Positions 63,388-64,000 of a stretch of 64,000 nucleotides of DNA are shown here, in pieces. The first letter of the stretch is position 1; every line of letters begins with the position of its first letter. Below the pieces are notes generated by a model. That model saw only the letters and a program-made list of their open reading frames with translations, made no database searches and was not told the DNA's origin. Source of the DNA: an uncultured Modestobacter sp. (GTDB lineage Bacteria > Actinomycetota > Actinomycetes > Mycobacteriales > Geodermatophilaceae); the NCBI RefSeq assembly GCF_947486615.1, contig NZ_CANKUD010000007.1, forward strand, positions 51,769 to 115,768. The letters are read 5' to 3'. The position numbers were made by a program, and so were the translations under genes.

Positions 63388-63552
63388 AACACACGGGAGG
63401 GTGATCCGCGTGCGGGTCAGTGACCAAGAACACCCCGCTCCTGTACCGTTCCGCGCGGTTTCAGTTCCACGTTCGTGTTCGGCGGGCGGAAGGGCGAGAC
63501 CCGGCTCCCGGATGCCGGGGGTCGTCCGCACGCACTGAACGTGGGAGCACAC

Positions 63553-63753
63553 GTGGCACAGGGCACCGTGAAGTGGTTCAACGCCGAGAAGGGCTTCGGC
63601 TTCATCGCCGTGGACGGCGGCCAGGACGTCTTCGTCCACTACTCGGCCATCCAGATGGACGGGTACAAGAGCCTCGAGGAGGGCCAGCGGGTCAGCTTCG
63701 AGGTCGTCCAGGGCGAGAAGGGGCCGCAGGCCGACGCCGTCCAGAGCGCCTGA
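63553..63753 (+). CDS. cspA: Cold-shock protein (CspA family)
   Basis: [15 protein letters not shown] (RNP1), VFVHYSAI (RNP2), GEKGPQA. Confidence 0.97.
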   Translation: MAQGTVKWFNAEKGFGFIAVDGGQDVFVHYSAIQMDGYKSLEEGQRVSFEVVQGEKGPQADAVQSA

Positions 63754-63793
63754 TCTGAGGCAGCGCCGCCGTCCGCACGGCGACCACGGACCG

Positions 63794-63830
63794 AGCGAGG
63801 CCCGGTCCCCACGGGGGGCCGGGCCTCGCT
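63794..63830 (+). terminator. csp terminator
   Basis: agcgaggcccggtccc / ggggccgggcctcgct inverted repeat. Confidence 0.8.
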
Positions 63831-63864
63831 GCGTCTACCGACGGGATCGCGGCCCCTGCCTGCG

Positions 63865-63890
63865 GGAACAGTCCCGGGCCACCCCCCGTT
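63865..63890 (+). promoter_or_regulatory. Putative SigH/SigR promoter upstream of the CIRCE pair
   Basis: GGAAC-N18-GTT (CGTT). Confidence 0.55.
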
Positions 63891-63917
63891 CTTGCACTCG
63901 CACAGGCCGAGTGCCAG
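63891..63917. promoter_or_regulatory. CIRCE element 1 (HrcA operator) overlapping a TTGCAC-N17-CAGACT promoter
   Basis: CTTGCACTC-N9-GAGTGCCAG versus consensus TTAGCACTC-N9-GAGTGCTAA. Confidence 0.88.
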
Positions 63918-63925
63918 ACTCCTTC

Positions 63926-63952
63926 TTGGCACTCACGCCTGTCGAGTGCCAA
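63926..63952. promoter_or_regulatory. CIRCE element 2 (HrcA operator)
   Basis: TTGGCACTC-N9-GAGTGCCAA perfect palindrome; implies a groEL/groES gene just beyond the window. Confidence 0.92.
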
Positions 63953-64000
63953 CCAGGTCGGAACGGTGAGGTACCGGGACGTGGGCCGCAGGAGCGTCCA

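Overview
A very GC-rich actinobacterial chromosome segment, most consistent with Geodermatophilaceae (Modestobacter/Blastococcus/Geodermatophilus-like; taxonomy inferred from gene content and order). It is almost entirely core genome in the conserved actinomycete order: tmk-holB-tRNA-Thr, ppa, dacB-tilS-hpt-ftsH-folEPBK, panG-panC-panD-nadB-nadC-coaX-lysS, lsr2, clpC1, mutY, disA-radA, carD-ispDF-cysS-rlmB, htrA, tRNA-Thr, a SAM-riboswitch thrC-like gene, a cold-shock gene and CIRCE boxes before a presumed groEL just beyond the window. I saw no integrase, transposase, prophage, CRISPR array, rRNA or defence island. The most unusual signals are: (1) a dispersed 56-60 bp palindromic REP/MITE-like family with compensatory stem changes, one copy of which sits in frame inside panD; (2) a DacB carboxypeptidase with a ~550 aa acidic and helical N-terminal extension; (3) a membrane protein with 10-residue coiled-coil repeats and a Ser/Trp sticker-like disordered tail; (4) a secreted hydrolase fused through one TM helix to an ABC ATPase; (5) a SAM-I-controlled ThrC paralogue with no adjacent sulfur-carrier gene; (6) a structured csp leader that can sequester its RBS. 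Most long ORFs in the supplied track are high-GC shadow frames. Start codons were refined by eye and remain provisional.
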